From the NCBI GenBank assembly GCA_043800255.1, contig JAZDNF010000013.1, forward strand, positions 128,001 to 192,000: a stretch of 64,000 bases of DNA. The letters are read 5' to 3'. Numbering within the stretch: the first letter of the stretch is position 1; every line of letters starts with the position of its first letter. The translations under genes were made by a program, and so were the position numbers. The DNA comes from Candidatus Altiarchaeota archaeon. GTDB taxonomy: Archaea > Altiarchaeota > Altiarchaeia > IMC4 > SCGC-AAA252-I15. Shown one piece after another: positions 10,261 to 20,355 of the stretch. The notes beneath the pieces are model-generated. The model made no database searches. It saw nothing but the letters and a program-made list of their open reading frames with translations, and had not been told where the DNA came from.

Positions 10261-10417
10261 AGATACTTTACCACTCCATTTTAATCTGGTAATCTCCTAT
10301 AACTTAGGATTAATTCGTTTGCCATCTTTGCTATATAGGGGCAAAATTGAGGCCTAATATCCCACAAATTAAATGTCAACGTGAGGGATAACCCAAAGAG
10401 GCATTAGGTAATAAGCT

Positions 10418-11935
10418 TTATTGCATTTTAAGGATGCTCCTAGCTACACGTCTTATTGCTTTAGGTATGCTCGTTTTTATCCAATCCGGAATTGTGTTTC
10501 CTAGGTAGACGTAGAGCGCATATATGTAATAAGTCTTAGGTTTTGTCTTCTTATGGTAATATAATTTTAATTCTTCTCTCATAATTTGACCCCAATGCCG
10601 CCATACTTTGTCAGGCTCCTTTGTCAGATTAATTAAAGGTGCCCCCCCATGCTCAGCAACGAAATCGAGATATTCTTCAACATCTTGGACAAGTTTATTT
10701 TCTTCAACATATCGCCAAATAGGGGTCTCGGGTAGAGGAACCAGGTAGTTCAAAGAGAATTTATATGCGTCAACATCTTTTAAGAATTGGATTGTTTCAT
10801 AGATTGTTTCTGTCGTTTCTTTTGGGGATCCTATGACCAACTGTACGCAACACGCCATTCCCAAGTCTAATGTCAACTTGGTTATTCTCCTGTTTTGCTG
10901 GGAGCTTATACCTTTTCTATACTCTCTCAAGATTGTGTCTGAACCGGATTCCTGGCCGTAATCGACTTCAATACATCCAGTTTCTTTCAGCCGGATAAGC
11001 ATTCTCTCGTCAACCTTATCCGCTCTTGCACCAGGTACTACATAGAAAATATCAAGATTGTTCTTTTCTATCGCATCACACAATTCCATAACCCAACCAT
11101 AATCTGAATTAAACAATTCGTCATAGAAATAAAATCCACTGACCCCATATTTTTCCTTGATATATTTTATGTGGTTAGTCACATAATCCACACTATGTCT
11201 CCTGACTCCCCGGACATGCCTATAACAAAAAAGGCATCTGTTGGTACAGCCTGAAGACGTAGGAATCTCAATGTAGTGTGTTCTCGACCCCACCCGCGCT
11301 CTTGCATTGGAAATAATCGAATCACTAAGGAGTAAATCTTCATACATTTCAAGCCGATTCTTTACTGGGGACAGATACCGAGATACATCAATGAGCTGGT
11401 ATGCAGGAAATGGAATTTCGTCTAAATCTTTTATTTGCTCGGCAGGATCGTTTCTTACAGCCCTCCCATCTAGGGGATAGGATAGTCCAAGTATGTCATA
11501 TATCGTTTCCTTTTTTTCAAATCTCCTCAAAAATATAGGGAGGCTGACATCTGCTTCGCCATGGAAGACCACATCTACTTTGGTTTTTGTAAGCAATAAT
11601 TCATAAACGGATGCAAGAGCCCCACCGGCAATTTGCACAATTTTGGGGTATTTGCTCTTTATATGTAAAGATAATTGTTTGGTTCTCCCATAGGATGTTG
11701 CAATACCCCCGTAACCTATGATGGAAGGTTTATAATCTTCTATAATTTTATCAATTTTATCAAAGAAGTGGCCATTATCAAACTCTCGGAGTTCAATATC
11801 ATCCAAGTAGGGGTCTATTATTCTCGCTTGGTGACCGCATCTTTCGATTATTGATCCCACATATAATAAACCCCAAGGCACTCCAAACCCCGCAATTCCT
11901 CTGCGGGAGGGCACGTTTATCAGTAATATGTTCAT
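10418..11935 (-). CDS. Cobalamin-binding radical SAM protein
   Basis: PWGLLYVG, IAGGAL, GCTNRCLFC, DELF, GQESGS, IGSPKET; GAGGT RBS before ATG 11935. Confidence 0.9.
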   Translation of the reverse strand: MNILLINVPSRRGIAGFGVPWGLLYVGSIIERCGHQARIIDPYLDDIELREFDNGHFFDKIDKIIEDYKPSIIGYGGIATSYGRTKQLSLHIKSKYPKIVQIAGGALASVYELLLTKTKVDVVFHGEADVSLPIFLRRFEKKETIYDILGLSYPLDGRAVRNDPAEQIKDLDEIPFPAYQLIDVSRYLSPVKNRLEMYEDLLLSDSIISNARARVGSRTHYIEIPTSSGCTNRCLFCYRHVRGVRRHSVDYVTNHIKYIKEKYGVSGFYFYDELFNSDYGWVMELCDAIEKNNLDIFYVVPGARADKVDERMLIRLKETGCIEVDYGQESGSDTILREYRKGISSQQNRRITKLTLDLGMACCVQLVIGSPKETTETIYETIQFLKDVDAYKFSLNYLVPLPETPIWRYVEENKLVQDVEEYLDFVAEHGGAPLINLTKEPDKVWRHWGQIMREELKLYYHKKTKPKTYYIYALYVYLGNTIPDWIKTSIPKAIRRVARSILKMQ

Positions 11936-11978
11936 AGAATTACCTCTGCAGGCTATCATTTACTTTGGAGTATCTCAA

Positions 11979-13037
11979 TTATTTGTGGTCTATCCTGTCC
12001 CAGAATATGACTTCATCCTCGTTAATATCCTTTCTTGTCTTTTTGCCTACAAGATCATTTAAAAATTTTGGCTCGATGCCAGTTCCAGGTCTTTTAATGA
12101 CGATCATTTTTTGGGTTATCTTTGTTCCTTTTGGTATGAACAGTTTTGCCACTAGGCTCCTTCTTGCAAATTTTCGTGCTTTATTCTCTGATTTTGTAGG
12201 TTTTTTTGTTTTGATCCCCATTGCCTTTTCTAAGACTCTGAAGCTATTTACAATATTTCTCAAATCCTCATAATCCGCCGATATCTCATGGTCATAGCCG
12301 GGTCTACTTTTATCAAAAGTGAAATGTTTTTCAATTACCTTAACGCCCATTGCAACAGCAGCAGTTAGTACATAGAGACTTTCAGGCATTTTAGTATGGT
12401 CAGAATATCCGACGGTATGTTGTGGAAATTTCTCAATTATATCCCTTATCATGTTTAGGTTTACATCCTCGATTTTTGTCGGATAGTTGGTGGTACAGTG
12501 TAGTAGGATAATCTGACCATTACCCTCAGACTCAATAATCTCGACAGCCTCCCGTATCTCATCGATTGTTGATGCTCCAGTGGAGAGGATTATCGGTTTC
12601 TTCTTTTTTGCTATATGCCTTATGAGAGGATGATGTGTTATGTCCATGGAACTAATCTTGTAGATGGAAACTCCAAGCTTCTCCAGCATATCTGCCGATT
12701 CCTCATCCGCAGGCGTCGAGAATAACACTATACCTGCATCATCCGCAACCTGCTTCAACTCCTGATACTGATTGAAACTAAGCTGTGGCATCTCATTGAA
12801 CTCTTCATACTGAGTCTCTCCAGGGCATCCTTCTATATCCCAGAACTTCGGCGCATCCCTTGTTACGAGCTTGTCAGGGACAAATGTCTGGAATTTTACA
12901 GCATCTGCACCCGCCAGAGCAGCCTCTTTTACCATTTCCTTTGCACGCTCAAAATCATTTTCAAAGTTGCATCCTATTTCGGCAATGACAAAAACAGAAG
13001 CTCTGCCAGTAATATCTTTAAGTAGATTATTTTGCAT
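11979..13037 (-). CDS. neuB: NeuB-family nonulosonic acid synthase (PseI/LegI/SpsE-like) with C-terminal SAF domain
   Basis: VIAEIGCN, GADAVKFQT, KISS.D, LHCTTNYP, GYSDHT, IEKHFT, RRSLVA, KRPGTGI. Confidence 0.9.
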   Translation of the reverse strand: MQNNLLKDITGRASVFVIAEIGCNFENDFERAKEMVKEAALAGADAVKFQTFVPDKLVTRDAPKFWDIEGCPGETQYEEFNEMPQLSFNQYQELKQVADDAGIVLFSTPADEESADMLEKLGVSIYKISSMDITHHPLIRHIAKKKKPIILSTGASTIDEIREAVEIIESEGNGQIILLHCTTNYPTKIEDVNLNMIRDIIEKFPQHTVGYSDHTKMPESLYVLTAAVAMGVKVIEKHFTFDKSRPGYDHEISADYEDLRNIVNSFRVLEKAMGIKTKKPTKSENKARKFARRSLVAKLFIPKGTKITQKMIVIKRPGTGIEPKFLNDLVGKKTRKDINEDEVIFWDRIDHK

Positions 13038-13067
13038 TTTTTATGCCTGATTTTCTATATGAGTATT

Positions 13068-14039
13068 TTAAAAGATCTCTGTGGAGTCCCCCATCGTAAA
13101 ATACCAATTCATATTATCTTTAATTTCTTCTGCATAATCAAATTGTTTATTCATGCGTATAACAAGAGGGATTTTAGTGTTTTCTTTGGAGAATCCTTTT
13201 TCCTCTAAAACCTCTTCAAATAATGGATTCCCCCATATCCAGCAAGTAACTTCATCAACATTATGTTCACTGAAAAAATTCAAACTTCCATCAACAAGTT
13301 TATCTAATGTATCTTTATCACCAGAACAGGTGAAAACATCTAATATGTGTCCCCTAAGGATCTTATCTTCTCGATAAAGCTTTAAGACAGTATACCCCCC
13401 GAGAGTTTTACCTTTGTATACTCCAAAGGGGAAATATTTCCAATCTGGCCGTTGTATATACCTCCAATTTAGATAATTTTTGTTTCTGACAACAGCGATT
13501 TTGTAGTCTTTACGACAGGAATCCCAGAGGTTATCAAAATCATCACCAAATTTGTCAATCTTGTGAAAACCGGGCAGCTCCTGTTTACCCACTAGGTTAG
13601 GTTTTGTTATTTTAAGGGCATCAAAAAAAATCAGATCAGAATACCCCATAAATCCTTTGTGAAGCGTATAGGAGCGTTTGTTGGGAAATCCGTAAGTGAC
13701 GGGGATATTGTTTTCTTTTAGATCTTCAAACAATTTATCGCTAATAAATTTTAAAAGACCTCTGTTTTGATATTTACTTTCGACCAGGGCGGCAATCGTG
13801 TGAGAGGCAATAATCTCTTCGTCAAAAACTTTTAGTCTAAACGGAACAGCTGCAAAATGGGCGATAATTTTCTCATCTTCTGTCATAACCCAAATGAAAG
13901 ATTTTCCCGAGGGATTGGCATCGGCATACTTCCAATACCAGTTGCTTAAATCGGTTCTGTTCCAAGGATGATCTTCCAGTCGCCTATCCAACGCCAAAAT
14001 TTCTTTTTCATCCCCCTTTTGATATGGCCTAATTTCCAT
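13068..14039 (-). CDS. Tandem GNAT-fold N-acyltransferase
   Basis: WYWKY..NP, V...YQNRGL, YGFPN, R...YLNWRY; GGTG RBS before ATG 14039. Confidence 0.75.
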   Translation of the reverse strand: MEIRPYQKGDEKEILALDRRLEDHPWNRTDLSNWYWKYADANPSGKSFIWVMTEDEKIIAHFAAVPFRLKVFDEEIIASHTIAALVESKYQNRGLLKFISDKLFEDLKENNIPVTYGFPNKRSYTLHKGFMGYSDLIFFDALKITKPNLVGKQELPGFHKIDKFGDDFDNLWDSCRKDYKIAVVRNKNYLNWRYIQRPDWKYFPFGVYKGKTLGGYTVLKLYREDKILRGHILDVFTCSGDKDTLDKLVDGSLNFFSEHNVDEVTCWIWGNPLFEEVLEEKGFSKENTKIPLVIRMNKQFDYAEEIKDNMNWYFTMGDSTEIF

Positions 14040-14110
14040 GATTCGCACACCATATAACATATATTTTCGTATTTAAGACGTATAAGCCCCACACAAAAAA
14101 CAAAGGAGTT

Positions 14111-15193
14111 TTACAGAGCCATTTTTCTCATATTGGATTTATCTATTGAGGTGGAAGTGATTATCTTGGATAATCTTTCAGAACCCAAGCCGTCGGTAAT
14201 TCTTTTTGCATTTTTACTAAGTGAAACACGTTTCTTCTTATTCCCTAGTAGGTCTTTTAAAGAGTCTGCTATCAGCTCTTTTGGGATATCCGTTCCAATC
14301 CCTAAGTTTATTACTGCATTCTTCCGGGCGAAAATTTGGGCTACAGTATCGTGTAGTTTATGATGACCGATAACAATTGATGGAACTCCGAATATCGCCA
14401 GTTCATAGAGTGTATTACCGGCTGCGGTTATGGCGATATCACTTTCAGCCATGAATTTATACATTTGTCCTTGTGTAACATCCCATTCAAATTGATAAAC
14501 ATTCTTCAACTGGGATTCCAAAGATCGGAGTTCTTTTCTGTGTTTGGAAGACACAGCATGGCCGACTACAACAATTATTTTCTGTTTTAAATCCAGAAGC
14601 TCTAGTGACTTGATTATTTTAGATGTCAGACCATGAGGGTCCTCACCACCTTGATTTATAAAGATAGTTTTAGAGATTTCAGATATCCTTTTCTTTTTTT
14701 TCCATTCCTTGTGTAATATTTCTGGGAGCAACATATATTCTGGGTCGATACAGTATAAGGCTTTGCTCTTGGAAAATTTTTTATAAAATTTCTTGTTTTG
14801 AGCGATACTAAAATTGACTACTATATCCCCCGGAATCGCCCCGTGTTTATCGTCATCAAGAATAACTACTAAGAGTTGACTTGAATCCTTTAGGGTCTGA
14901 AAATAATCAGTATTCTTGTTCAAAAGATCGCAAATTAAAATTTCGATGTTTGATTTTTTGATAAACTTCAGTATAATGTCTATTTCTTTTTCTTCGCTTA
15001 TGTCCTTATCCAATTTTTTAACATGATAATTTTTTTCTTTTAAAATATTTACTGCAGGTGAAAAATTTTTTGTTAAAAAAAGGATGTTACAGTCCTTTCT
15101 TTTTTTTAGACTGTCTGCCAGCACAATGGATTCCATTAAGTGCCCCATACCAATTTTCTTACCGGCATCTACTCTAAAACAAATGTTCACCAT
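14111..15193 (-). CDS. pseG: PseG/SpsG-like UDP-sugar hydrolase (GT28-like fold)
   Basis: FRVDAGKKIGMGHL, GGED, SDIAITAAGNTLYEL...GVP, DGLGSER. Confidence 0.8.
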   Translation of the reverse strand: MVNICFRVDAGKKIGMGHLMESIVLADSLKKRKDCNILFLTKNFSPAVNILKEKNYHVKKLDKDISEEKEIDIILKFIKKSNIEILICDLLNKNTDYFQTLKDSSQLLVVILDDDKHGAIPGDIVVNFSIAQNKKFYKKFSKSKALYCIDPEYMLLPEILHKEWKKKKRISEISKTIFINQGGEDPHGLTSKIIKSLELLDLKQKIIVVVGHAVSSKHRKELRSLESQLKNVYQFEWDVTQGQMYKFMAESDIAITAAGNTLYELAIFGVPSIVIGHHKLHDTVAQIFARKNAVINLGIGTDIPKELIADSLKDLLGNKKKRVSLSKNAKRITDGLGSERLSKIITSTSIDKSNMRKMAL

Positions 15194-15199
15194 CTCGGA

Positions 15200-15865
15200 T
15201 TAGTTCCACTTATCGCGTATAACAACAAAGGCTTCCGCCGCTTTAAAGCCCACTTCAGTACCGCGTTTTATGGCTAAAATTTCTACACTCTTGTCAGAAC
15301 GGGGGTGTGGGAAATCCCTTTTTTCAGTCTGATAGCATCGCAATGCTTTGATTTTAGTCTCTAGATATTTTTCTATGTTTATGTAGAAATTAGGTAGAAA
15401 TGCAAGTTCGCTAAGATTGGGGGATTGTTCTGTCGATGATGGAGTCTCGTAGGATAATATCTTTTTAATTCCGAGATTTGCAAACGGTCTCAATGCAATC
15501 ATCGCCGCCTGGAACACAGCCCTATGGTCCTGATGGTTATCTCCTCTGTGGGTTACATACACGGTTTCGGGCTTAATCTTATTAACATATTGTTCTAATG
15601 GGATGAGTATGTCTTGGATGGAAACATCCAATCTCTCATCGTTTAAATTGAAAAATTCCGCCTCCTTGTATCCTAACACCTTTTTAGCTTTTAGGGCACA
15701 TTGAACTTCGATTTTATTTTTTTCATCGTTGAATTTGTGGTCATAGATGCGGTGCGCGATGAAACAAACGTATACTTCATCTTCCTCTGAGACGTGTCTT
15801 GCGATTGTTCCACCCATACCTAAAACCTCGTCATCCATGTGGGGTGCAATTACGAGTATTTTCAT
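15200..15865 (-). CDS. PIG-L/LmbE family N-deacetylase
   Basis: APHMDDE.LG.GGT, H.DH, YETPSSTE, PHPRS, AEAF. Confidence 0.9.
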   Translation of the reverse strand: MKILVIAPHMDDEVLGMGGTIARHVSEEDEVYVCFIAHRIYDHKFNDEKNKIEVQCALKAKKVLGYKEAEFFNLNDERLDVSIQDILIPLEQYVNKIKPETVYVTHRGDNHQDHRAVFQAAMIALRPFANLGIKKILSYETPSSTEQSPNLSELAFLPNFYINIEKYLETKIKALRCYQTEKRDFPHPRSDKSVEILAIKRGTEVGFKAAEAFVVIRDKWN

Positions 15866-16965
15866 TTTATTCCCTTCGGTCGAGCATCCATGGATTTAAT
15901 ATCAAGGTGCTGGTCTATATATACATTCATCTTAATTTTCTTATTACCAACTTTAATAACTTCCTCTTTGGTGATTCCGCCGTCACAACAGAGTTGGCAC
16001 GGGGCCAATTTTAACCTTCTTTTATTTTTCATCAAATCTCGCACACGATTAAACGCTTCACCATGCCATATATCACGCAACGATTGCTCTTTCACGTCGC
16101 CCAAGATATTACCTTCCAAGTAGTCACTGTGGCATTGCGCAACTCGGCCATCCCACATAACAGCCATCCTCTGCCATGGAGACTGACAGATGTAGTTGGG
16201 ATCACGGATGAAATTCATCTTCTCATCGGACCGTATCTCATCTGCAATAAAGTTTATTCTGTCTGCGACGGGAAGCCAGAAGTTTCTGTATTTTTCTGGA
16301 TTTTCCCTTATTGCCGACCAGATAGTTTGAACGCGAATCAAAGGCTTCTTTAAAACCTTGCTATCTCGATACTCCTTTAAGAATTTTACTTTCTTGACTA
16401 TATTCTCGAACTTTTCAGGATACCTTATCCTCTCGTAGGTTCCATCTAATCCATCAATCGAAAAACTCATCCAATCAAGACCAACATCTACCAATTTTTT
16501 TGATAATTCGGGATTAAGTCGCTCCCCGTTTGTCAAGAACGACACATCTTTTATGCCGCTGTCTTTAGCGTATTTCACCATATCGACAATTTTTGGGTTT
16601 AGGAGGGGCTCACCACGCCAACTTAATTTCACCGAATACACTCTCTCCCTCACGCACTCATCTATTACCTTTTTGTATAAGTCGAACTCCATGTTTCCTT
16701 CTTGTATTCCCCTCTTCTTCATCAGATGCCTTCCACACATAGGACATTGCATCTGGCACAAACTCGAAGTTTCAATATCAACATGACTTGGGAAGTCAAA
16801 TACATGGAAAAAACGTGGGCCGAAATGCCATTTGAACCTGTCTTTTACGTGAGCAACCACGTGGCCCTGACCAAGAAAGTATCTTAAATTCTCCCATCTG
16901 CTGCTAAGGCTGAAGTAATCATGATTTATTTTTACGTCGAACCAATTTTGATTCCAGAGGTTCAT
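15862..16965 (-). CDS. Radical SAM protein with SPASM/twitch domain
   Basis: CQMQCPMC, RGEPLL, SIDG, CQSPW...CHSD...GDVKEQSLRDIW...CQLC. Confidence 0.9.
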   Translation of the reverse strand: MNLWNQNWFDVKINHDYFSLSSRWENLRYFLGQGHVVAHVKDRFKWHFGPRFFHVFDFPSHVDIETSSLCQMQCPMCGRHLMKKRGIQEGNMEFDLYKKVIDECVRERVYSVKLSWRGEPLLNPKIVDMVKYAKDSGIKDVSFLTNGERLNPELSKKLVDVGLDWMSFSIDGLDGTYERIRYPEKFENIVKKVKFLKEYRDSKVLKKPLIRVQTIWSAIRENPEKYRNFWLPVADRINFIADEIRSDEKMNFIRDPNYICQSPWQRMAVMWDGRVAQCHSDYLEGNILGDVKEQSLRDIWHGEAFNRVRDLMKNKRRLKLAPCQLCCDGGITKEEVIKVGNKKIKMNVYIDQHLDIKSMDARPKGIK

Positions 16966-16980
16966 GGCTTCTCACTAATT

Positions 16981-18132
16981 CTAGGATCCTTTCAAAGTTT
17001 GATAAAGATATTCCCGATAGCGCTCACTAGTTGCCCATAACGATTTAGATTTATAGATTCTTTTGAACGCGTTTTTGGAGATAGGAAACTTAGAGGCTGG
17101 CACTTCTATATGCCCGCCACCTTTAGGTTCTGCATCTTCGCTATTATCATGGAAGAAATACAATTTGCATATTCTAGTAATCTGAGAGAGGTATTCTTCG
17201 ATTGTAGAGTAGTCCATTTCAGATAAACTACCGACATTTATAAACAAGTCTGCAGAATCTGGTGCAAGTCTAGGAAGCTGGAAATTAGGCATTAGAATGA
17301 TGTCATACTTGTCAAGGGTATTAAATGAGATGTCCATGCCTTCAGTTTCGCCAAACAAGAGAATCTTCTTTTCAGGGAAAGCATTCATCAAATAATACTG
17401 CGCAACTAAAAGAACTTCAGGTAAGTCGAAGTCGATATACTTACACGGTTTAACTGAGGATAACAGATAGTGTGCAAGACCCCCATAACCGCCACCAATT
17501 TCAGCAACAACTGGTCGTCTAACGTCAATAAGTAGGTTTTTGACGTGACTAGCATAATAATGATGCCGACAGGAATTTGATGTGATTAGATTGCCTTCGA
17601 TAATATACCCCCAGGGATTGCCTATAGGGGGGACAGATAGGTTACCGACATCGGCGTTATCAACAAAATCCTTCCATACCGTAAAATCCTGCAGAATGCA
17701 GTTAACGAATCTCCTCTTCCTGGAAGCGTTACCATCGATGATATCCTGATGATAGGCGTAGGATAATAGACCAGCAGCACCACTATTGCGAAAGAAATTC
17801 TTGAGCAGATTGCTCAGGGACGGAATATCGTTGTCAGCAAGGGCTTTTAAATAGTTTGCACGTCTTGTTTTTATGTCAATGTCCCACTCACCTCCGGGCT
17901 TATAAGCAGGGGGCACATTCTTTTGTTCTGCCTTCGCTTTATGGTAAGAAACAAGTATCCTGTTTACTATAGCCTCGTGATATTTGCTACTGATAGGGTT
18001 GGTAATGAGTGCCAATCCATTTTCAAGGAGGGAAAGGTCCGCTAGGGGGTTAGAGTCAAAACTCCTGCGAGTGTTCAAGTCCGAATAAACTTTTTTGATA
18101 GCTGAAAGTACCTTGTCGGTTGGGTTAGTCAT
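16981..18132 (-). CDS. Putative sugar O-methyltransferase
   Basis: IGNP, VAEIGGGYGGLA, DLPE......YYL, DLFIN..SLSEM. Confidence 0.8.
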   Translation of the reverse strand: MTNPTDKVLSAIKKVYSDLNTRRSFDSNPLADLSLLENGLALITNPISSKYHEAIVNRILVSYHKAKAEQKNVPPAYKPGGEWDIDIKTRRANYLKALADNDIPSLSNLLKNFFRNSGAAGLLSYAYHQDIIDGNASRKRRFVNCILQDFTVWKDFVDNADVGNLSVPPIGNPWGYIIEGNLITSNSCRHHYYASHVKNLLIDVRRPVVAEIGGGYGGLAHYLLSSVKPCKYIDFDLPEVLLVAQYYLMNAFPEKKILLFGETEGMDISFNTLDKYDIILMPNFQLPRLAPDSADLFINVGSLSEMDYSTIEEYLSQITRICKLYFFHDNSEDAEPKGGGHIEVPASKFPISKNAFKRIYKSKSLWATSERYREYLYQTLKGS

Positions 18133-18541
18133 CGGGGATATCTATCTCCTCCATTAGTTCGATTAATCCGGTTTGTTTTTTATACAAAAAAACAATTTTT
18201 CTATTATTGAATGCTCTAGAGGGTAATAATTTTGTTGCAACTACAAACCCTTTTTCCCTTAAGGTTTTTAACGTCTTGTCAAAATTTTTTGCAGTGTATG
18301 CCATATGGTAGGGAATCGCATAATTATTTTTTAGAAATCGATTAACTGGATTATGCGGGTTGTCGGGCGTAATCAACTCGACTAACGGATGATCCGGCTT
18401 CCTTAAAACTGCAATTCTTATGTTTTGGTTTTCGTCTTTAGCGGTGTTAATAAGGGTGAATCCTAGAGACTCAAATGCTCCTATAGTTTCATCTAGATTC
18501 TCGGTTGCATAACCCAGGTGGTGGAACTTAAGTTCATTCAT
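18125..18541 (-). CDS. VOC family protein (glyoxalase/methylmalonyl-CoA epimerase-like)
   Basis: FHHLGYAT, VELI.P, YHMAY, LIELME. Start at MNELK, 3 nt after the pdxA stop. Confidence 0.8.
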   Translation of the reverse strand: MNELKFHHLGYATENLDETIGAFESLGFTLINTAKDENQNIRIAVLRKPDHPLVELITPDNPHNPVNRFLKNNYAIPYHMAYTAKNFDKTLKTLREKGFVVATKLLPSRAFNNRKIVFLYKKQTGLIELMEEIDIPDD

Positions 18542-18543
18542 CT

Positions 18544-19575
18544 TTATTTTGATTTGCCCTCTGCCAGCAGAATGGCATACTTTAAGGCATCGAAAAGACT
18601 GCCATAATCCGCAGTTCCTTTCCCGGCTTTGCCGAATGCCGTGCCGTGGTCCACGGAAGTACGGATAATGGGCAGGCCGAGAGTGATGTTGACCCCCTTC
18701 ATAACCCATGATCTGGAATCTTCGTTATATATGAAACCTAAGACTTTGGTTGGAATGTGTCCTTGGTCATGGTACATTGCTACAACAGCATCGTACATTC
18801 CCCCTTTCGCCTTTGAGAAAAGGGTGTCTGCGGGAACGGGTCCTTCTGCCTTAATTCCTAGCTTTTGAGCTTCTGTTACGGCGGGTGAGATTTCTTTTAT
18901 TTCCTCATCGCCGAATGCACCGCCCTCTCCACTGTGGGGATTCAAACCGGCCACGCCTATTTTCGGCTCTTTGATATTCAGTTGTTTGCATGTGCTATTC
19001 GCTAGTTTAATTACGTCGATTATTCGATCCTTTTTGATATATTTTGTTATTGCATCTAAAAGGGAGACATGCGTGGTAACGTGGAGAACCCTAAGGTTTC
19101 CGTGAGCCAGCATCATAGAGTATTTTTTTGTACCTGTTAAACCTGCTAACATTTCCGTATGTCCTGCGTATTTTTTTCCATAACCCCCTAGAACAAATGC
19201 TTCTTTGTTGATGGGATTAGTTACAATGGCATCAATTTTTTTTTCTAATGCCAGCTGAATCGCTTTTTCTATGTACTCCCCCGCAGCTTTACCGGCCTTT
19301 GATGAAATTTGACCAAAGGTGTAATCAGAGGGGGATATGTTGTCCAAATCGCACACGTAAACTCTGCCGGGTGAGATACGTTCATCCACATCGCGTATTT
19401 TCTCAAATTTAACGCTTGATTTTATTACATCAAAACCCTGCTGGACAACTTTCGCGTCACCAATGATTATGGGTGTGCACATTTTGGTGACATTCTCGTA
19501 AGTCAACATTTTAGCCGTTATTTCAGAACCAATCCCCGCGGGATCGCCAATCGTAATGCCGATCTTTGGTAGCAT
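18544..19575 (-). CDS. pdxA: PdxA-family dehydrogenase (4-hydroxythreonine-4-phosphate or threonate-4-phosphate type)
   Basis: ITIGDPAGIG.E, PINK, GHTE, TTH, LNPHSGE, MYHDQG, RTSVDHGTAF. Confidence 0.9.
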   Translation of the reverse strand: MLPKIGITIGDPAGIGSEITAKMLTYENVTKMCTPIIIGDAKVVQQGFDVIKSSVKFEKIRDVDERISPGRVYVCDLDNISPSDYTFGQISSKAGKAAGEYIEKAIQLALEKKIDAIVTNPINKEAFVLGGYGKKYAGHTEMLAGLTGTKKYSMMLAHGNLRVLHVTTHVSLLDAITKYIKKDRIIDVIKLANSTCKQLNIKEPKIGVAGLNPHSGEGGAFGDEEIKEISPAVTEAQKLGIKAEGPVPADTLFSKAKGGMYDAVVAMYHDQGHIPTKVLGFIYNEDSRSWVMKGVNITLGLPIIRTSVDHGTAFGKAGKGTADYGSLFDALKYAILLAEGKSK

Positions 19576-19578
19576 ACA

Positions 19579-20355
19579 TTACACCTCCTTGAGTAGATCA
19601 ACCAATTGACTATGGACACTGCCATTAGATGCAACGAGTTCCTTAGAATCCGTGGAAATGTTATCACCATTAAAATCAGTAACCATGCCACCCGCCTCCC
19701 TAACAAGCGTAACGCCGGCAGCAAAGTCGAAAATCTTTGTATTATTCCAGACTCTCGCATCGATTATTCCCGAGGCGATTAAACCAAAATCATAGACTGC
19801 GGAACCGAAAATCCTAGTAGTAAAACTATGATCAACTAATCTTTTGTATCTCTCAAACGAGTATTTACTCAGATAAAATTGATTATCGTAGGTAATCATG
19901 CTTTTCTCTAAAACTTTGTTATCAGAGACTGCTATGGGCTTTCCGTTCATAAATGCGCCGTTTCCCTTTACAGCATAGTACATCTCATCAAAATAGGGTA
20001 GGTGTATGACACCAAGGACGAACTCGTGTTTGCTCAATAATGCGATAGAGACGCCAAAATTTGGAACACCCGCAATAAAGTTATGGGTTCCGTCCACTGG
20101 ATCTACAACCCAGAAAAGATTACTGTCGATGTTTTCGCTTAATCTCTTCTCTTCTGACAGAACGGGATAAGGAAATTTTTCGGTTAATAGTCTATGGGAT
20201 AGGTTTTGACATTCGATATCCACATTTGAAACAAACTCTTTGGGGGTTTTTCTAATTACCTTTAGATCCTTTCTAAAATGACCTTGTTGGATTTCTCCAA
20301 CTCTGCGTGCTGTCGATTTTGCAACCTCGAGCTCTACTAAAAAATCACTTTTCAT
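19579..20355 (-). CDS. Inositol monophosphatase family phosphatase
   Basis: SEE, WVVDPVDGTHNF, R.FGSA, DFAAG...VREAGG. Confidence 0.9.
   Translation of the reverse strand: MKSDFLVELEVAKSTARRVGEIQQGHFRKDLKVIRKTPKEFVSNVDIECQNLSHRLLTEKFPYPVLSEEKRLSENIDSNLFWVVDPVDGTHNFIAGVPNFGVSIALLSKHEFVLGVIHLPYFDEMYYAVKGNGAFMNGKPIAVSDNKVLEKSMITYDNQFYLSKYSFERYKRLVDHSFTTRIFGSAVYDFGLIASGIIDARVWNNTKIFDFAAGVTLVREAGGMVTDFNGDNISTDSKELVASNGSVHSQLVDLLKEV

Noticed and set aside
18542-18709. N-terminal extension of the VOC ORF overlapping pdxA
   Set aside because: Alternative frame of the pdxA 3' end; the VOC fold begins at MNELK (18541).
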